A stretch of DNA of 64,000 bases from a candidate division WWE3 bacterium CSP1-7 (GTDB lineage: Bacteria; Patescibacteriota; WWE3; 9FT-COMBO-53-11), in the NCBI GenBank assembly GCA_001443395.1, contig LDXK01000001.1:64001-128000 (forward strand). Reading direction: 5' to 3'. Positions within the stretch are counted from its first letter, which is position 1. Every line of letters begins with the position of its first letter. Positions 19,409 to 30,400 of the stretch are shown here, one piece after another. A model generated the notes under the pieces. It saw nothing but the letters and a program-made list of their open reading frames with translations. It did no database searches and was not told the DNA's origin. The translations under genes and the position numbers were made by a program.

Positions 19409-20194
19409 TTAGGTCAACCCGCTCGACTCACTTCGTTCGCTCAGGGTTAAGATTTCCGGTCCTTTTTCAGTTATTGCCACCGTGTGTTCAAAAAGACCGC
19501 TCAAGCTCTTATCGACGGTTTCCACCGTCCAGCCGTCGGCGGCGATCTGGAGATCTCGACCCCCCTCAGTATAAATCACCTCGACCGCCAACGCCATTCC
19601 TGCGGAAATTTGGGGATTTGGTCCCGCCATCACCAAGCAAGGAATCTGGGGATCCTCGTGCAGGTCTTTCCCTACTCCGTGTCCCACCAGCGTGTCCACC
19701 GGGGTGTAACCGGCGCCCTCGATACCTTTCTGAATGGCAGCGGAGATATCGAGAATGCGGTTGCCCTCCCGAGCTTCGGCAATTGCCTTCTTCAGCGCCT
19801 CTTCTCCGGCCCGAAGGAATTTGGTCTTGGCGCGCGGCGCTTTCTGTTCGTCGCCAATGTAGACCGTCCAGGAGGCGTCGGTGTTGAATCCTTGGTAGAA
19901 AGTCCCCAGGTCGACACTCAAAATATCTCCTTCCTTGAGTTTTTGAGAGGTGGGAATCCCATGGACAATTCCCTCGTTGACGTTCAGGCAGGTCGCAAAA
20001 TGGTAGCCCTTAACCCGCTCAAACGCCGGTGTCCCCCCGCCTTGAATGATCCCCTCCCGGGCAATCTTTTCCAAATCCAAAAGAGAGGTTCCCGGCCGGG
20101 CCTGCCGCAGCACATCCTGAAGAGCGGCGGCGGTGATGCGGCCACCCTCCCGCATAGCTTGGAAATCTTCCTTACTCTTTATCGTAATCATCAA
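19409..20194 (-). CDS. map: Methionine aminopeptidase type I
   Basis: [25 protein letters not shown] motifs. Confidence 0.96.
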   Translation of the reverse strand: MMITIKSKEDFQAMREGGRITAAALQDVLRQARPGTSLLDLEKIAREGIIQGGGTPAFERVKGYHFATCLNVNEGIVHGIPTSQKLKEGDILSVDLGTFYQGFNTDASWTVYIGDEQKAPRAKTKFLRAGEEALKKAIAEAREGNRILDISAAIQKGIEGAGYTPVDTLVGHGVGKDLHEDPQIPCLVMAGPNPQISAGMALAVEVIYTEGGRDLQIAADGWTVETVDKSLSGLFEHTVAITEKGPEILTLSERSESSGLT

Positions 20195-20226
20195 AAATTC
20201 AACGGGGTGGTTGGGTATCCAAGAGA

Positions 20227-20493
20227 TTAAAGACCGGGGACTTTCATGTTCATCAACATCCCAGATAGTTTCTTGGAAACTTCCTTTTGCGATTCCTTTA
20301 TCGCTTTGTTGAAAGCCTTCTTGAGATCATCACGCTTCTCTCCGTCGACGGTAATCTCTTGGATCTCCTGGTCGCCTCGAATCCTAATTTGGATATCCCC
20401 TTCAGAAACGTCGACCACAATCTGCTCCATCTCGGACTTCATTTTCTGGCCCTGCTTCCGAAGCTCATTCAATTGTTTCATCTGTTCAAACAT
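20227..20493 (-). CDS. YbaB/EbfC-family nucleoid-associated protein
   Basis: MFEQMKQL...IRIRGDQEI...AFNKAI pattern. Confidence 0.75.
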   Translation of the reverse strand: MFEQMKQLNELRKQGQKMKSEMEQIVVDVSEGDIQIRIRGDQEIQEITVDGEKRDDLKKAFNKAIKESQKEVSKKLSGMLMNMKVPGL

Positions 20494-20530
20494 GCTGTTT
20501 AACTATACCCTATCCCCTATACCCTGGTCT

Positions 20531-21793
20531 CTAGAGATACCCCTCATATTCCCGCACCGACAACTCCCCCTCCAGCTGGCGGAGAGTCTCCAGAACCACC
20601 GAAACCACAATTAGAATTCCGGTTCCCCCTAGCGCAAAAGCCGTTACCCCGGTGACCGCCGCCCCCACCGAAGGAAGAACGGCAACCAGTCCCAAAAAGA
20701 TGGCGCCGAAGAAAGTCGTCCGGGAGATGATTCGATCAATAAAATCCTTCGTTGCCATTCCCGGCCGGATACCAGGAATAAAACCGCCCCTCTTTTGCAA
20801 GTTTTCGGCCAAATCTTTTGTATTAAAAACCACTGCGGTATAGAAGAAAGTGAAAAGAAAGACCGAAACAAAATAGACCAGGTTATAGAATAAACCGTTC
20901 GGCGAGAAAAGCTTGATAATTTCGGCAGAAATAAGCTGAATCTGGGGGTTGGCCACCCCGCTCAAGTAACGCGCGATGGTCGGAGGAATCAAAACCAAAG
21001 AAACCGCAAAAATGATCGGGATCACTCCGGCTTGATTAATACGAAGCGGAAGAAAACTCTGGGCGCCGGCATTCGGTCCGCGGACCGCATACTGGATAGG
21101 AATCCGGCGAACGGCCTCATTGATCAGCACCACCGCGGCAAATAGACCCAGGAGGAGTGCCAGGAAGAGAAACAAGTTGGCTACCTGGCCCGCCGTCAAC
21201 GCCGTCAGAGACTGCGCCAGGGAGAGAGGGTAGCCGGCGGCAATTCCGACAAAAATCAGGAGGGAAATCCCATTTCCGATCCCCCGCTCGGTCAGGAGCT
21301 CACCCAACCACATCATAAAGAGTGATCCGGCGGAGAGCGCAAAAATCAGGGCCACAAGGGAGAGCGGTGATAGCGCCGTGACCACTCCCTGCTGGCGAAG
21401 CAGAAAAAAGAATCCGTAACCCTGCAGAATCGAAAGCGGCAGGGTAAGCAGCCGGGTGTATTGATTGATCTTCGCCTGACCCCATTCCCCCTCTTGAGAG
21501 AGCTCTTTAAGTTTGGGAAACCCAAAAGTCAGAAGCTGAAAAATAATGGAGGCGTTGATATAGGGAGCCAGTCCCAGAGAAACCACGGAAAAATTCTCCA
21601 TTGTTCCTCCCGAAAATGCGGAAAGAAGTCCGAGAAGAGCATTTCCAGCGAAGAGCTGACGAAGCTGAACGCGATCAACTCCCGGAAGAGGAACGTGGGC
21701 CAGGAACCGAAAGACGACAATTGCCAGAACCGTAAAAATTATCCGGTTCCGTAGTTCCTTTTGGTACCAAATTCGCTTTAAAGCTTCAATCAT
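20531..21793 (-). CDS. secY: Preprotein translocase SecY
   Basis: [31 protein letters not shown] motifs. Confidence 0.98.
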   Translation of the reverse strand: MIEALKRIWYQKELRNRIIFTVLAIVVFRFLAHVPLPGVDRVQLRQLFAGNALLGLLSAFSGGTMENFSVVSLGLAPYINASIIFQLLTFGFPKLKELSQEGEWGQAKINQYTRLLTLPLSILQGYGFFFLLRQQGVVTALSPLSLVALIFALSAGSLFMMWLGELLTERGIGNGISLLIFVGIAAGYPLSLAQSLTALTAGQVANLFLFLALLLGLFAAVVLINEAVRRIPIQYAVRGPNAGAQSFLPLRINQAGVIPIIFAVSLVLIPPTIARYLSGVANPQIQLISAEIIKLFSPNGLFYNLVYFVSVFLFTFFYTAVVFNTKDLAENLQKRGGFIPGIRPGMATKDFIDRIISRTTFFGAIFLGLVAVLPSVGAAVTGVTAFALGGTGILIVVSVVLETLRQLEGELSVREYEGYL

Positions 21794-21996
21794 TTCCGCG
21801 AACGGACAGTTCCCCGCCGCGGCAAGCGGCGCGCCAACGGAATCTGACCCCCCTCGAAAGAGGAGCGAACCCGATTGCGAACCTTCTGGCCCTTTGCTCC
21901 TCGGCCGGTCGTATGTCCCCCCTTACCGGACCCGTAACCGCGACCGACTCTTTTTTTCTTTCCTTTTACAATCCTCGTGAGTTCATGCAGTTCCAT
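21790..21996 (-). CDS. rplO: 50S ribosomal protein L15, N-terminal part only
   Basis: [11 protein letters not shown]...GRGAKGQK...FEGGQIPL...RLP; 68 aa, stop overlaps the secY ATG. Confidence 0.9.
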   Translation of the reverse strand: MELHELTRIVKGKKKRVGRGYGSGKGGHTTGRGAKGQKVRNRVRSSFEGGQIPLARRLPRRGTVRSRK

Positions 21997-22468
21997 GATT
22001 TTTGCTTAAAATCTTCAAAGCCTCAATCGTCGCTTGGGCGTTCGCCATCGGGTTGTTCGTTCCCAGAATCTTAGCCGAGACATCCACCACTCCCGCCAGA
22101 CCCAGAATATTCCGAACTACACCCCCCGCGATCAAACCGGCCCCTCGCGGCGCCGGCATCAACAGAAGGCGGGCGGCCCCTTGTTTGAGCGTAATCCGGC
22201 GCGGCAGTGTTGATTCTCGCATTACAATCTGGAAAACATTCTTCTTGGCTTTGGAATTGGCCTTGACAATCGCCGACCGCAGGTCCCCCGCCTTTCCGTA
22301 ACCCAAACCAATCTTGCCATTTCTATTTCCCACCGCCACCAGGGCGGTAAATCCGATTTTGTCGCCACCCTTAATCTTTTTCGCAACCCGGTTCACTACC
22401 AGAACTTTGTCGACAAACTCGCCCGGTTGAGTGATCTCGGATTGACTTCTAAATCTCGTTCTTTCCAT
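21983..22468 (-). CDS. rpsE: 30S ribosomal protein S5
   Basis: [18 protein letters not shown] motifs. Confidence 0.95.
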   Translation of the reverse strand: MERTRFRSQSEITQPGEFVDKVLVVNRVAKKIKGGDKIGFTALVAVGNRNGKIGLGYGKAGDLRSAIVKANSKAKKNVFQIVMRESTLPRRITLKQGAARLLLMPAPRGAGLIAGGVVRNILGLAGVVDVSAKILGTNNPMANAQATIEALKILSKNHGTA

Positions 22469-22469
22469 T

Positions 22470-22820
22470 TTAAAAATCCAAACCTCCTGCGCGCGCACCC
22501 TCCGCTACCATCCTAACGCGACCGTGGTAGGCGTATCCCCGGCGATCAAAAACTACTTTCTTAATCTTAGCTTTCAGTGCCTTCTCGGCCAACTCTTTGC
22601 CCACAGCGGAAGCCCGTTCGCTCTTCTGGCCGCTTTGGAGCGTGAGATCGGCAGCCGAAACCAGTGTTGCCCCTTTTTCGTCGTCAATCAACTGGGCGTA
22701 GATGTGCTTACCGGACCGAAAAACACTAAGACGAGGCCTCTGGGCCGTCCCAAAAATACGGCTTCTCCCCCGCCGAATTCTTTTTTCCCGTTGAGAATCG
22801 TTTTTGTTTATCATGATCAA
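22470..22820 (-). CDS. rplR: 50S ribosomal protein L18
   Basis: [21 protein letters not shown] motifs. Confidence 0.96.
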   Translation of the reverse strand: MIMINKNDSQREKRIRRGRSRIFGTAQRPRLSVFRSGKHIYAQLIDDEKGATLVSAADLTLQSGQKSERASAVGKELAEKALKAKIKKVVFDRRGYAYHGRVRMVAEGARAGGLDF

Positions 22821-23362
22821 GCTCCCCCTCCCGCGGCCGCCTTAACCACCTTCCCCTGCTTGCGGCGGACAACCTCTCCGGCGTAGCGAATCCCTTTGCC
22901 CTTGTATGGTTCGGGCGGGCGAAGCTTGTGAAGCTGGGCCGCCGTTTGGGTCACCACCGCCTTGTTTATCCCCGTCAACTTGATTTTGGTACTGTCGGTC
23001 ACTTCTACCGCCACCCCTTCCGGTATTTTAAATTCCACCGGATGCGAGAAACCCAGAGAGAGTTTTAGCCCCAGGGCGACCTTTTCGGCCCGATAACCCA
23101 CTCCCACCAGCTCCAGCTCTTTGCTGAATCCCTGGCTAACTCCCTCAACGGCATTGCGAACCAGCGCAAAACCCAAGCCATAAACCCGCGCCGGAACGGC
23201 CGCCGCCGCCGAAAAACGCAGCTCTTGATCCATCACTACCGCCTGCACTCCCCTGGGAAGATCAACCGAGAGCTGACCCAACGGACCGGAGACCCCGACG
23301 ATTTGACCTTCGACGAGGACACTTACACCTTCCGGCAATTTAATCGGTTTCTTTCCAATCAT
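22817..23362 (-). CDS. rplF: 50S ribosomal protein L6
   Basis: [17 protein letters not shown] motifs. Confidence 0.96.
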   Translation of the reverse strand: MIGKKPIKLPEGVSVLVEGQIVGVSGPLGQLSVDLPRGVQAVVMDQELRFSAAAAVPARVYGLGFALVRNAVEGVSQGFSKELELVGVGYRAEKVALGLKLSLGFSHPVEFKIPEGVAVEVTDSTKIKLTGINKAVVTQTAAQLHKLRPPEPYKGKGIRYAGEVVRRKQGKVVKAAAGGGA

Positions 23363-23368
23363 AGCGTC

Positions 23369-23743
23369 TTACCAAATCTCCCCGACCAACTCCCCACCCA
23401 ACTTCTTCTTCCGGGCTTGCTTGTGAGTCAGAATTCCCTCGGGAGTGGAGATGATAGCAATTCCCAACGGCGGTTTTTGAATTTCTCGCCAGGAAACATA
23501 CCAGCGGGCTCCGGGCTTGGAGAGCCGGCGAACGTTTTCCAGTTTGGGGCTCTGCATGGACAGGAAAAAGTTTTTCCCTTTCTGTTCTTTGAATTTTCGC
23601 ACCTCTCCCAGGTATCCCTCCGCCACAAAAAGCTTGGCGATCTCTTCTTTGAGCCGCGAATACGGGACAACAATCTCACTGCGACCAGCGAGGACCGCGT
23701 TTCGGAGTCGGGTGAACATGTCGGCGATTGGATCGGTTACCAT
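23369..23743 (-). CDS. rpsH: 30S ribosomal protein S8
   Basis: [22 protein letters not shown] motifs; start ATG 23743. Confidence 0.95.
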   Translation of the reverse strand: MVTDPIADMFTRLRNAVLAGRSEIVVPYSRLKEEIAKLFVAEGYLGEVRKFKEQKGKNFFLSMQSPKLENVRRLSKPGARWYVSWREIQKPPLGIAIISTPEGILTHKQARKKKLGGELVGEIW

Positions 23744-23922
23744 GATGCCTTCCTTACTCCCGGCAACTCGCCCCGGGAAGCCAACTCTCGAAAACAAATT
23801 CGGCACATCCCGAATTTACGGATATAGGCACCCGACCGACCACAGATGCTGCACCGATTGTAGCCGCGGGTTTTGAACTTCGGCTCTCTTTTGTGTCTTT
23901 CAATCCAACTCTTTTTAGGCAT
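23737..23922 (-). CDS. rpsN: 30S ribosomal protein S14, Zn-binding type
   Basis: NRCSICGR...CRICFRE...PGVRKASW. Confidence 0.96.
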   Translation of the reverse strand: MPKKSWIERHKREPKFKTRGYNRCSICGRSGAYIRKFGMCRICFRELASRGELPGVRKASW

Positions 23923-23924
23923 TT

Positions 23925-24458
23925 TTAGTCGCGAAACGGCATCCCCAACTCCTTGAGAACTCGGTGAGCTTCATCATCCTTATTGGCGCTGGTGGCAATG
24001 GTAACTTCCAAACCACGAATCTTGCCAACTCTGTGAGGGTCGATTTCCGGAAAAGCAGTGTGCTCCACAATCCCGATGGTCAGGTTGCCATGGCCGTCAA
24101 AGCTCTTTCGGGAGATCCCCTTAAAGTCCCTGGTCCGGGGCAGAACCACTCTGATTAGCTTCTCGAGGAAGTCCCACATCCGGCGTCCCCGCAAGGTAAC
24201 CGCCAAACCCACAATATCGCCCCGGCGAATCGCAAAGGAAGCGATTGCTTTTTTGGCGGCCCGGAAAGAGGGTGTCTGGCCGGCAATCATAGCGACCTCC
24301 TCTTTGACCTTCGCCAAAACCTCCTTTTCCTCTCTCTCTTTACCAACGCCGACATTGACGACAATCTTGGTTACTCGGGGAACAGCGTACACATTCCCCT
24401 TGCCAAGCTCTCCCTTAAGCTTTGAAGCAACTTCTTTTTGATAGATTTCTTTCAGCAT
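23925..24458 (-). CDS. rplE: 50S ribosomal protein L5
   Basis: [23 protein letters not shown] motifs. Confidence 0.96.
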   Translation of the reverse strand: MLKEIYQKEVASKLKGELGKGNVYAVPRVTKIVVNVGVGKEREEKEVLAKVKEEVAMIAGQTPSFRAAKKAIASFAIRRGDIVGLAVTLRGRRMWDFLEKLIRVVLPRTRDFKGISRKSFDGHGNLTIGIVEHTAFPEIDPHRVGKIRGLEVTIATSANKDDEAHRVLKELGMPFRD

Positions 24459-24459
24459 T

Positions 24460-24780
24460 TTATTTTTTGGCCTTCTTATCCACACTCGCTCCGCATTGCC
24501 GACAGTTTCTGGAACCGGTCAGACGAGAAACTTTTTTGCACTTTGGGCAGACCACCCCCACTTTGGACGCCCAGAAAGGAGCCTCCGCCGCCACAATCCC
24601 CCCGGCCGAATCCTTGGTCTTTTTTGTGAAGCGCTTGAGCATGTTTATGCCCGCCACCACGATCTTTCTCTCTCCGAGAATCACTCGGAGGACATCTCCC
24701 TCCCGGCCCCGATCCTTGCCCGAGAGAACCCTGACCGTATCGCCTTTCTTAATTTTCATGCCAATCTTCGTATTCTGCAT
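24460..24780 (-). CDS. rplX: 50S ribosomal protein L24
   Basis: KKGDTVRVLSGKDRG KOW motif; start 24780 or 24759; C-terminal CxxC...CxxC. Confidence 0.93.
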   Translation of the reverse strand: MQNTKIGMKIKKGDTVRVLSGKDRGREGDVLRVILGERKIVVAGINMLKRFTKKTKDSAGGIVAAEAPFWASKVGVVCPKCKKVSRLTGSRNCRQCGASVDKKAKK

Positions 24781-24787
24781 CTGGCTC

Positions 24788-25156
24788 TCAAAAAACCTCG
24801 GTCGCCAAAGAGGCGATCTTCTTAAACCCCCGCTCCCGCACCTCTCGGGCAATCGGTCCGAAGACTCGGCTCCCTTTAGGATTGCCCTGATTGTCAATCA
24901 CCACTCCGGCATTATCGTCAAAGCGAATGTAGGAACCGTCCGGCCGGCGGACCTCTTTTCTCGTCCGAACAACGACGGCCCTCTCAATCCCGTGGTCCTT
25001 GACGGCACCGTTGGGATCGGCTCCCCGAATCGCAACCGATACCGTATCACCCAGATAGGCGATGCGGCTCGAGCCCCGACGAGGAATTCCGATCACCCGC
25101 AACTTTTTTGCTCCGGAATTATCGGCGGCGACCAGCATTGTTTCGCGTTGAATCAT
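24788..25156 (-). CDS. rplN: 50S ribosomal protein L14
   Basis: ADNSGAK, FDDNA, RVFGPIARE motifs. Confidence 0.97.
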   Translation of the reverse strand: MIQRETMLVAADNSGAKKLRVIGIPRRGSSRIAYLGDTVSVAIRGADPNGAVKDHGIERAVVVRTRKEVRRPDGSYIRFDDNAGVVIDNQGNPKGSRVFGPIAREVRERGFKKIASLATEVF

Positions 25157-25488
25157 TTCTTCGACCCCTTTCTCCGCCGACTTACGGTTTTCTTGGCACC
25201 TTCTGTCTTGATTTTCTCCTTGGCTACTGGCTCCTGGCTCCTAGCGACTGATTTCCCATCCAATTCCACCACCACCCACCGCTTTGTTTTTGAGATGGGC
25301 CGGCTCTCCTCGATCGTCACCGATTTCCCAACCGGAGCGTCTCCGTCTGCCACGTGAACCAAGTAAACCTTAGAAGTCAGGATGCGCTTCCGGTAGCGGG
25401 GGTGATGAAAAACCCGCACCACCTCCACCGCCACGGTGTTCTTGCCACTGATTCTTTTGATTATCCCTTTAAGCTTTTTTCTTGCCAT
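25153..25488 (-). CDS. rpsQ: 30S ribosomal protein S17
   Basis: HPRYRK, ESRPISKTKRW motifs. Confidence 0.95.
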   Translation of the reverse strand: MARKKLKGIIKRISGKNTVAVEVVRVFHHPRYRKRILTSKVYLVHVADGDAPVGKSVTIEESRPISKTKRWVVVELDGKSVARSQEPVAKEKIKTEGAKKTVSRRRKGSKK

Positions 25489-25705
25489 TTTGTTTCTCTA
25501 CCAAAACTTCCTTCAGAATTTCTTTCTCACCCATAGCCGTCATCACCCGCGCCGCCTCCCGCCGTTTTTTGCTAATCGTGGAGGTGTCGGCCAAGGAACC
25601 GATCGCCCGCTTGCCGCGGAGCTGGGAAATCTCCGCCTGCGTCTCCGCCAAAACCTTGCGGAGCTCCTTCTCCTCTTTTTCGCGAAACTCTTTCATTTTG
25701 CTCAT
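25469..25705 (-). CDS. rpmC: 50S ribosomal protein L29
   Basis: Position between rplP and rpsQ; RREAARVMT. Confidence 0.88.
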   Translation of the reverse strand: MSKMKEFREKEEKELRKVLAETQAEISQLRGKRAIGSLADTSTISKKRREAARVMTAMGEKEILKEVLVEKQNGKKKA

Positions 25706-25711
25706 TTTTTC

Positions 25712-25742
25712 AAAATGCTAGGTCGTTTCTTCGGCCGTCCAT
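25712..25742. repeat. GAC/TAG hairpin element, copy 10
   Basis: aaaatg-CTA-g-gtcg-tttctt-cggc-c-GTC-cat. Confidence 0.88.
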
Positions 25743-25747
25743 ACGGC

Positions 25748-26152
25748 TCATTTCTTGACAATCTTCGTGGCGAGAGGCAACTTGGCCGCCGCCAATTTTA
25801 GGGCCTTCTCGGAAAGCTCCGCGGGAACACCGGAAATCTCAAGCAGGATCCGTCCCGGTTTGATTTCGGCCGCGTAGTGGTCTACTGCCGATTTTCCTCC
25901 CCCCATCCGAATTTCCGCCGGCTTTTTGGAAACCGGTTTGTCGGGGAAGATCCTGATCCACAACTTTCCCCCTCTTTCCGTGTATCCCCGAATAACCTTT
26001 CGAGCCGCCTCAATGTGCCGGGAGGAAAGATTCCCTTTTGTCAGGGCTTGCAGACCGTATTCCCCAAAGGAGACCTCGCTGCCACGCCAGGCCTTGCCCT
26101 TGATCCGGCCGCGAAAACGTTTTCTGAATTTTGTCTTTTTTGGTAACAGCAT
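25748..26152 (-). CDS. rplP: 50S ribosomal protein L16
   Basis: [20 protein letters not shown] motifs. Confidence 0.97.
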   Translation of the reverse strand: MLLPKKTKFRKRFRGRIKGKAWRGSEVSFGEYGLQALTKGNLSSRHIEAARKVIRGYTERGGKLWIRIFPDKPVSKKPAEIRMGGGKSAVDHYAAEIKPGRILLEISGVPAELSEKALKLAAAKLPLATKIVKK

Positions 26153-26155
26153 TTT

Positions 26156-26803
26156 TTAATCCTTGTTCAGCTCACCTCGGAAAACCCAAACCTTAACTCC
26201 AATTTTTCCGTAGCGCGTGGAGGCAAAACGGCCGGCAAAATCGATATCGGCTCTCAGAGTGGAGAGCGGGATCGATCCGCGCGAAATCTTTTCTCTTCGC
26301 GCAATCTCGGATCCCCCCAATCTCCCGGCCGCCTCGATCTTTACCCCCTTTGCTCCCCGACTCATCGACTCCTCGACGATCTCATTCAAAACTCTTCGAT
26401 ACTGACGCCCCCGCCGCTCCAGAATATTCACCACCCGGTCCGCCAGAAGAGCCGCGGAGGTGGCCGGCGATTTGGATTCGACGATATCCAGCTCCACCGG
26501 GACTTCCAGAATTCTTGTCAGTTCTACCTTGAGGAGCTCGGCGCCGCCGCCGCCCCGGCCGATGACCAAACCGGGCTTGGCCACAATCACGACCACTTTA
26601 ACCTTTGATCCGGAACGTTCGATCTCGATGTCCTCCAAACCCGCTTCTATAAGCCTCGCGGCGAGGAAACGGCGGATCCGCGAGTCCTCTCCGGCGTTCT
26701 TGGCGTAATCCCGATCGCTAAACCAGCGCGAGCGCCACGGCAGAAAAGTGCCCGTTCTCAGAGATTTGGGACTCAGCTTATGACCCACTGTTACTCCTTT
26801 CAT
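26156..26803 (-). CDS. rpsC: 30S ribosomal protein S3
   Basis: PGLVIGRGG, GRLGGSEIAR, TLRADID motifs. Confidence 0.96.
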   Translation of the reverse strand: MKGVTVGHKLSPKSLRTGTFLPWRSRWFSDRDYAKNAGEDSRIRRFLAARLIEAGLEDIEIERSGSKVKVVVIVAKPGLVIGRGGGGAELLKVELTRILEVPVELDIVESKSPATSAALLADRVVNILERRGRQYRRVLNEIVEESMSRGAKGVKIEAAGRLGGSEIARREKISRGSIPLSTLRADIDFAGRFASTRYGKIGVKVWVFRGELNKD

Positions 26804-27209
26804 CTCTATCAGCGATCTTCTTTAGAACGACCATTAGATGGGTGGAGGGGCTGATAATCATTCCGCGCGATCCCCGGGATTTCGGGTCCACTCGCCGCCG
26901 AAAGGTAGGTCCCTTGTCCGCCCGAACTTCCGCCACCAACCAGGTTTCTTTATCGAAACCGGCTCCGGCGTTGGCAGAAGCGGAGTGGAGAACATCGGCC
27001 ACCGTTTCGCCGCCGCGGGTACCGCTGAACTTCAGGATAGTTTCGGCTACAACCACCCTCTTGCCGCGGATCAAGCGCGCGAAATCCCGGACTTTGGTCG
27101 GGGTAATCTTCAGGTAGCGACCAATAGCCCGCGCTTCCGTCTTTGCGGGAGCGACCGGAACCGCCGGTACCGATTTTTCTTTTTTGTCTTTAATCTTTGT
27201 TTTTTCCAT
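26778..27209 (-). CDS. rplV: 50S ribosomal protein L22
   Basis: PTKVR...LIRG, SASANA, DKGP motifs. Confidence 0.93.
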   Translation of the reverse strand: MEKTKIKDKKEKSVPAVPVAPAKTEARAIGRYLKITPTKVRDFARLIRGKRVVVAETILKFSGTRGGETVADVLHSASANAGAGFDKETWLVAEVRADKGPTFRRRVDPKSRGSRGMIISPSTHLMVVLKKIADRDERSNSGS

Positions 27210-27502
27210 TAGACTCTTCCCTCCGAGAGGGTCGCCTTGACCCCTTTTGCCCCATGCTTCCGGAAGGTCCGCGTCGGGGAAAACTCTCCCAAATGATGTC
27301 CCACCATCGCCTCGACAATTTTTACCGGGATGTGCTCTTTTCCGTTGTAAACCGCAATCGTTAACCCCACCATTTCCGGGGAAACTTGGGAAGAGCGCGA
27401 CCAGGTTCGAATCGGCTCGTTGCTACCGGCTTCTTTGGCCCGCAAAACCTTTTTCATCAATTTTGGCTCGATAAACGGCCCTTTTTTGTTACTTCGGCTC
27501 AT
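27209..27502 (-). CDS. rpsS: 30S ribosomal protein S19
   Basis: [22 protein letters not shown] motifs. Confidence 0.97.
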   Translation of the reverse strand: MSRSNKKGPFIEPKLMKKVLRAKEAGSNEPIRTWSRSSQVSPEMVGLTIAVYNGKEHIPVKIVEAMVGHHLGEFSPTRTFRKHGAKGVKATLSEGRV

Positions 27503-28248
27503 CTTTTCTTTTTCCTCAATACAATGTAACGATCGGTATGAAAGCGCTTCCGCGTCTTCTTGCCCAGAGTGGGTTTACCCCAAGGAGTTTTGGGACCGGG
27601 CATTCCGATTCCGGAACGGCCTTCTCCCCCTCCGTGCGGATGGGAGGACGGATTCTGCGCCACTCCCCGCACCGTGGGCCGAATCCCCATGTGCCGTTTG
27701 ATCCCAGCCTTCCCGTATTTTCTCAGCTTGCGCTCCACTCCCGCCAAACGGCCGACCGTCGCCCAACAATCTTTAAATATGCGGCGAACTTCTCCGGAGG
27801 GCATCTTTAGGTGGACGAACTCATCCTCCCGCGCCACCACCACCGCGGCCGAACCGGCCGTCCGGACAAACTGCGCTCCCCTTCCGGGGATGAGCTCGAC
27901 GTTGTGAACCTCGGTTCCCACCGGAATCTTGCCGATCGGCAGGGCATTCCCGGTTCGGATCGGGGCGGAATCATCACTGACCACCTGGTCCCCGACCTGG
28001 AGCTTCTCCGGCTGGAGAATAAACCGCCGCTCTCCGTCTTTGTAGACCAGCCGAGCGAGATTGGCAGAGCGGTTGGGGTCGTACTCGAACAGCTCCACCC
28101 GCCCCGGCAGTCCGCGCTTATCGCGTTTAAAGTCTATCACCCGATAGAGCCGTTTGGCGCCTCCGCCGTGGTGGCGAGTCGTTACTTTTCCGAGGCTCCG
28201 CCCCACCGCCCGCTTTCGGCCAAATTTTAGAGTCTTTGGTTTGGTCAC
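27499..28248 (-). CDS. rplB: 50S ribosomal protein L2
   Basis: [22 protein letters not shown] motifs; N-terminus shorter than typical. Confidence 0.97.
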   Translation of the reverse strand: MTKPKTLKFGRKRAVGRSLGKVTTRHHGGGAKRLYRVIDFKRDKRGLPGRVELFEYDPNRSANLARLVYKDGERRFILQPEKLQVGDQVVSDDSAPIRTGNALPIGKIPVGTEVHNVELIPGRGAQFVRTAGSAAVVVAREDEFVHLKMPSGEVRRIFKDCWATVGRLAGVERKLRKYGKAGIKRHMGIRPTVRGVAQNPSSHPHGGGEGRSGIGMPGPKTPWGKPTLGKKTRKRFHTDRYIVLRKKKR

Positions 28249-28544
28249 TTTTCTTCAAAAAACTCAATCTTCCCCTCCGACAAAGTCACCAAGGCCTTTT
28301 TAACCGCACTCTGTTCCGCCCGCACCGGTCGCTTTTTGGGTGTCCGCCAGCGAGTCTCTTTTCCGGGAGTGCGAATAATGGCGACCTTCGCCACTTTGGT
28401 TCCTTTGTGAAGAAGCTCGACCGCCGCGGCCACATCTTTCTTCGTGGCCTGAGGCGCAATCTCAAAAAGATATTTTCCCTGACGGGCCTGGGCGTAGCCC
28501 TTTTCCGAAACCACCGGCTTTTTTAAAACTTGATAGATGTTCAT
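28245..28544 (-). CDS. rplW: 50S ribosomal protein L23
   Basis: PVVSEK, KKALVTL motifs. Confidence 0.94.
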   Translation of the reverse strand: MNIYQVLKKPVVSEKGYAQARQGKYLFEIAPQATKKDVAAAVELLHKGTKVAKVAIIRTPGKETRWRTPKKRPVRAEQSAVKKALVTLSEGKIEFFEEK

Positions 28545-29260
28545 CGCTTCTTGCTCTTTGTCTTTCGCTTAGGGCCAACCGTCTTTTTTACTACTTTCAC
28601 TGGCTTTATCGCCTTTACCACTTTTACCGTCTTTCTTTTCTCCGTCAATCTCTCCTTGAGCTTCCCAATGCTTTCCTGGAAAAAAACCAGATCGCCGGAG
28701 TTGAGAACCTCATAGGGATTCAGGTTCCCCACCAACTCCACCGTCGCGTCCGCCAGATTCCGGAAGGAACGGAAGACATTGGTATTCATTTCAGGAACGA
28801 CCACCAAAGCTTTCCGAGTTTTGAGTTTCGCCAAAAGCTGTTGGGCAACGGCGGTTTTCGGCTCTTTGAAAACTGGGTCCACGACCACCCAAACCCTTTC
28901 CGCCGCCGCTTTGGCAGAGAGTGCCGACCGTAACGCCAAGTCCTTAACCTTTTTGGTCAGAAGCGCCTCAAAGGTGCGAGGCCGGGGACCAAAGGTTATC
29001 CCCCCGCCAACCCAAATCGGAGAACGAACCGAACCGTGCCGCGCCCGCCCCGTGCCCTTCTGGGCCCAGGGTTTGCGTCCCCCACCGGAGACCTCACCCC
29101 GAGTCTTGGTGGCCACCGTTCCGGCCCGCTGGATGTTCCGATAGACGTGGATGTACTGACGCAGGACCGTGAGGTTTGGCTTCACTCCAAAGATATCCTC
29201 CGGCAGTTCAATCTTCTTTTCGGTTTTTACTCCCTTCGCGCTATAGATACTAACTTTCAT
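28541..29260 (-). CDS. rplD: 50S ribosomal protein L4
   Basis: [27 protein letters not shown]. Confidence 0.97.
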   Translation of the reverse strand: MKVSIYSAKGVKTEKKIELPEDIFGVKPNLTVLRQYIHVYRNIQRAGTVATKTRGEVSGGGRKPWAQKGTGRARHGSVRSPIWVGGGITFGPRPRTFEALLTKKVKDLALRSALSAKAAAERVWVVVDPVFKEPKTAVAQQLLAKLKTRKALVVVPEMNTNVFRSFRNLADATVELVGNLNPYEVLNSGDLVFFQESIGKLKERLTEKRKTVKVVKAIKPVKVVKKTVGPKRKTKSKKR

Positions 29261-29305
29261 GGTCTTTTCATGAAATTGCAACCCCCTTTAGCGGGGACAG
29301 CACTC

Positions 29306-29836
29306 TCATTGTTTTTTCTCCTCTTCCTTAACTTCTTCCTTCGAACTCTCGGTTCCCGGCGCGGCTTTTTCCGCCGGCGGAATCTCGCTCTCCGTTACGG
29401 TCTCGCCGGGTTCGTAAAATATCGTTAGATTACTCAGCCGCGGGCCGGGAAGAGCTCCCGAGATCCTGGCGATTTTCTTCTCGGTATCCACCTCCACCAC
29501 CGATAATCCCGGCACCGTCACCTGCTCCCCACCCATGCGGCCGGCCATCCGCTTGCCGCGATAGACTCGGCCGGGAGTGGTTGTGCCGCCGATCGAACCT
29601 GGAGCGCGCCCCTTGGTCGAGCGGCCGTGGGTTGCCGGCATTCCTGCAAAACCGTGGCGCTTCATCACTCCGGCAAAGCCCTTTCCCTTGGACGTTCCCA
29701 CCACTCTAACGGGCGTCCCGGGGGTAAAATCGGCCGGAATCTCCGTCAGCGAAACCGCGGTCACAGGAACAACTCTCCCGTCGGGCGAGAAAACCTGACC
29801 CATATCCAATTTTCGAGCTTCGATTTTGTTAGTCAC
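29306..29836 (-). CDS. rplC: 50S ribosomal protein L3 (shortened)
   Basis: [33 protein letters not shown] motifs; 176 aa. Confidence 0.95.
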   Translation of the reverse strand: MTNKIEARKLDMGQVFSPDGRVVPVTAVSLTEIPADFTPGTPVRVVGTSKGKGFAGVMKRHGFAGMPATHGRSTKGRAPGSIGGTTTPGRVYRGKRMAGRMGGEQVTVPGLSVVEVDTEKKIARISGALPGPRLSNLTIFYEPGETVTESEIPPAEKAAPGTESSKEEVKEEEKKQ

Positions 29837-30054
29837 AAAAAAAGCCGCTGCTCAAGCGGCCAAAAAGTCAGCGAGTTATTAGCACTAGCCAGCCGTATCC
29901 CGAGAACCCGCCTGCCGACTGCTGTCTGCTGTCTTTGTGAAACGCTTGGGCATTAACGAAGAGATAATAACAGAAGAAATCAAGCTTAGCAACAGTGAGG
30001 ATCATTTTCGAGTAAAACGAGAAAAGAGGGTTGGTGAGCCCTTAGCGAACCGCC

Positions 30055-30363
30055 CTACATCTTCACCTCTACCCCGACGCCGGCGGGGAGATCGAGGTTG
30101 GAGAGTTCATCAATGGTTTTGGGGGTGGGTTCTTCGATATCGACCAGCCTTTTGTGCGTTAGGATTTCAAACGATTCGCGGGAACGCTTGTCGATGTGAG
30201 GGGAACGGATCACAGTAAAAATCTCCCGTTCTGTCGGGAGTGGGATGGGGCCTACGACCTTGGCGCCGGTGCGAATCGCCGCATCGACAATCTTCTCCGC
30301 GCTGCGGTCAATCACCCGGGCGTCGTAAGCTTTTAAACGAACTCTAATCCTTCCTTTTGGCAT
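30055..30363 (-). CDS. rpsJ: 30S ribosomal protein S10
   Basis: [21 protein letters not shown] motifs. Confidence 0.97.
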   Translation of the reverse strand: MPKGRIRVRLKAYDARVIDRSAEKIVDAAIRTGAKVVGPIPLPTEREIFTVIRSPHIDKRSRESFEILTHKRLVDIEEPTPKTIDELSNLDLPAGVGVEVKM

Positions 30364-30400
30364 GAAACGTGCTACTTACCCTAGTCGGCGGGAGATCAGG

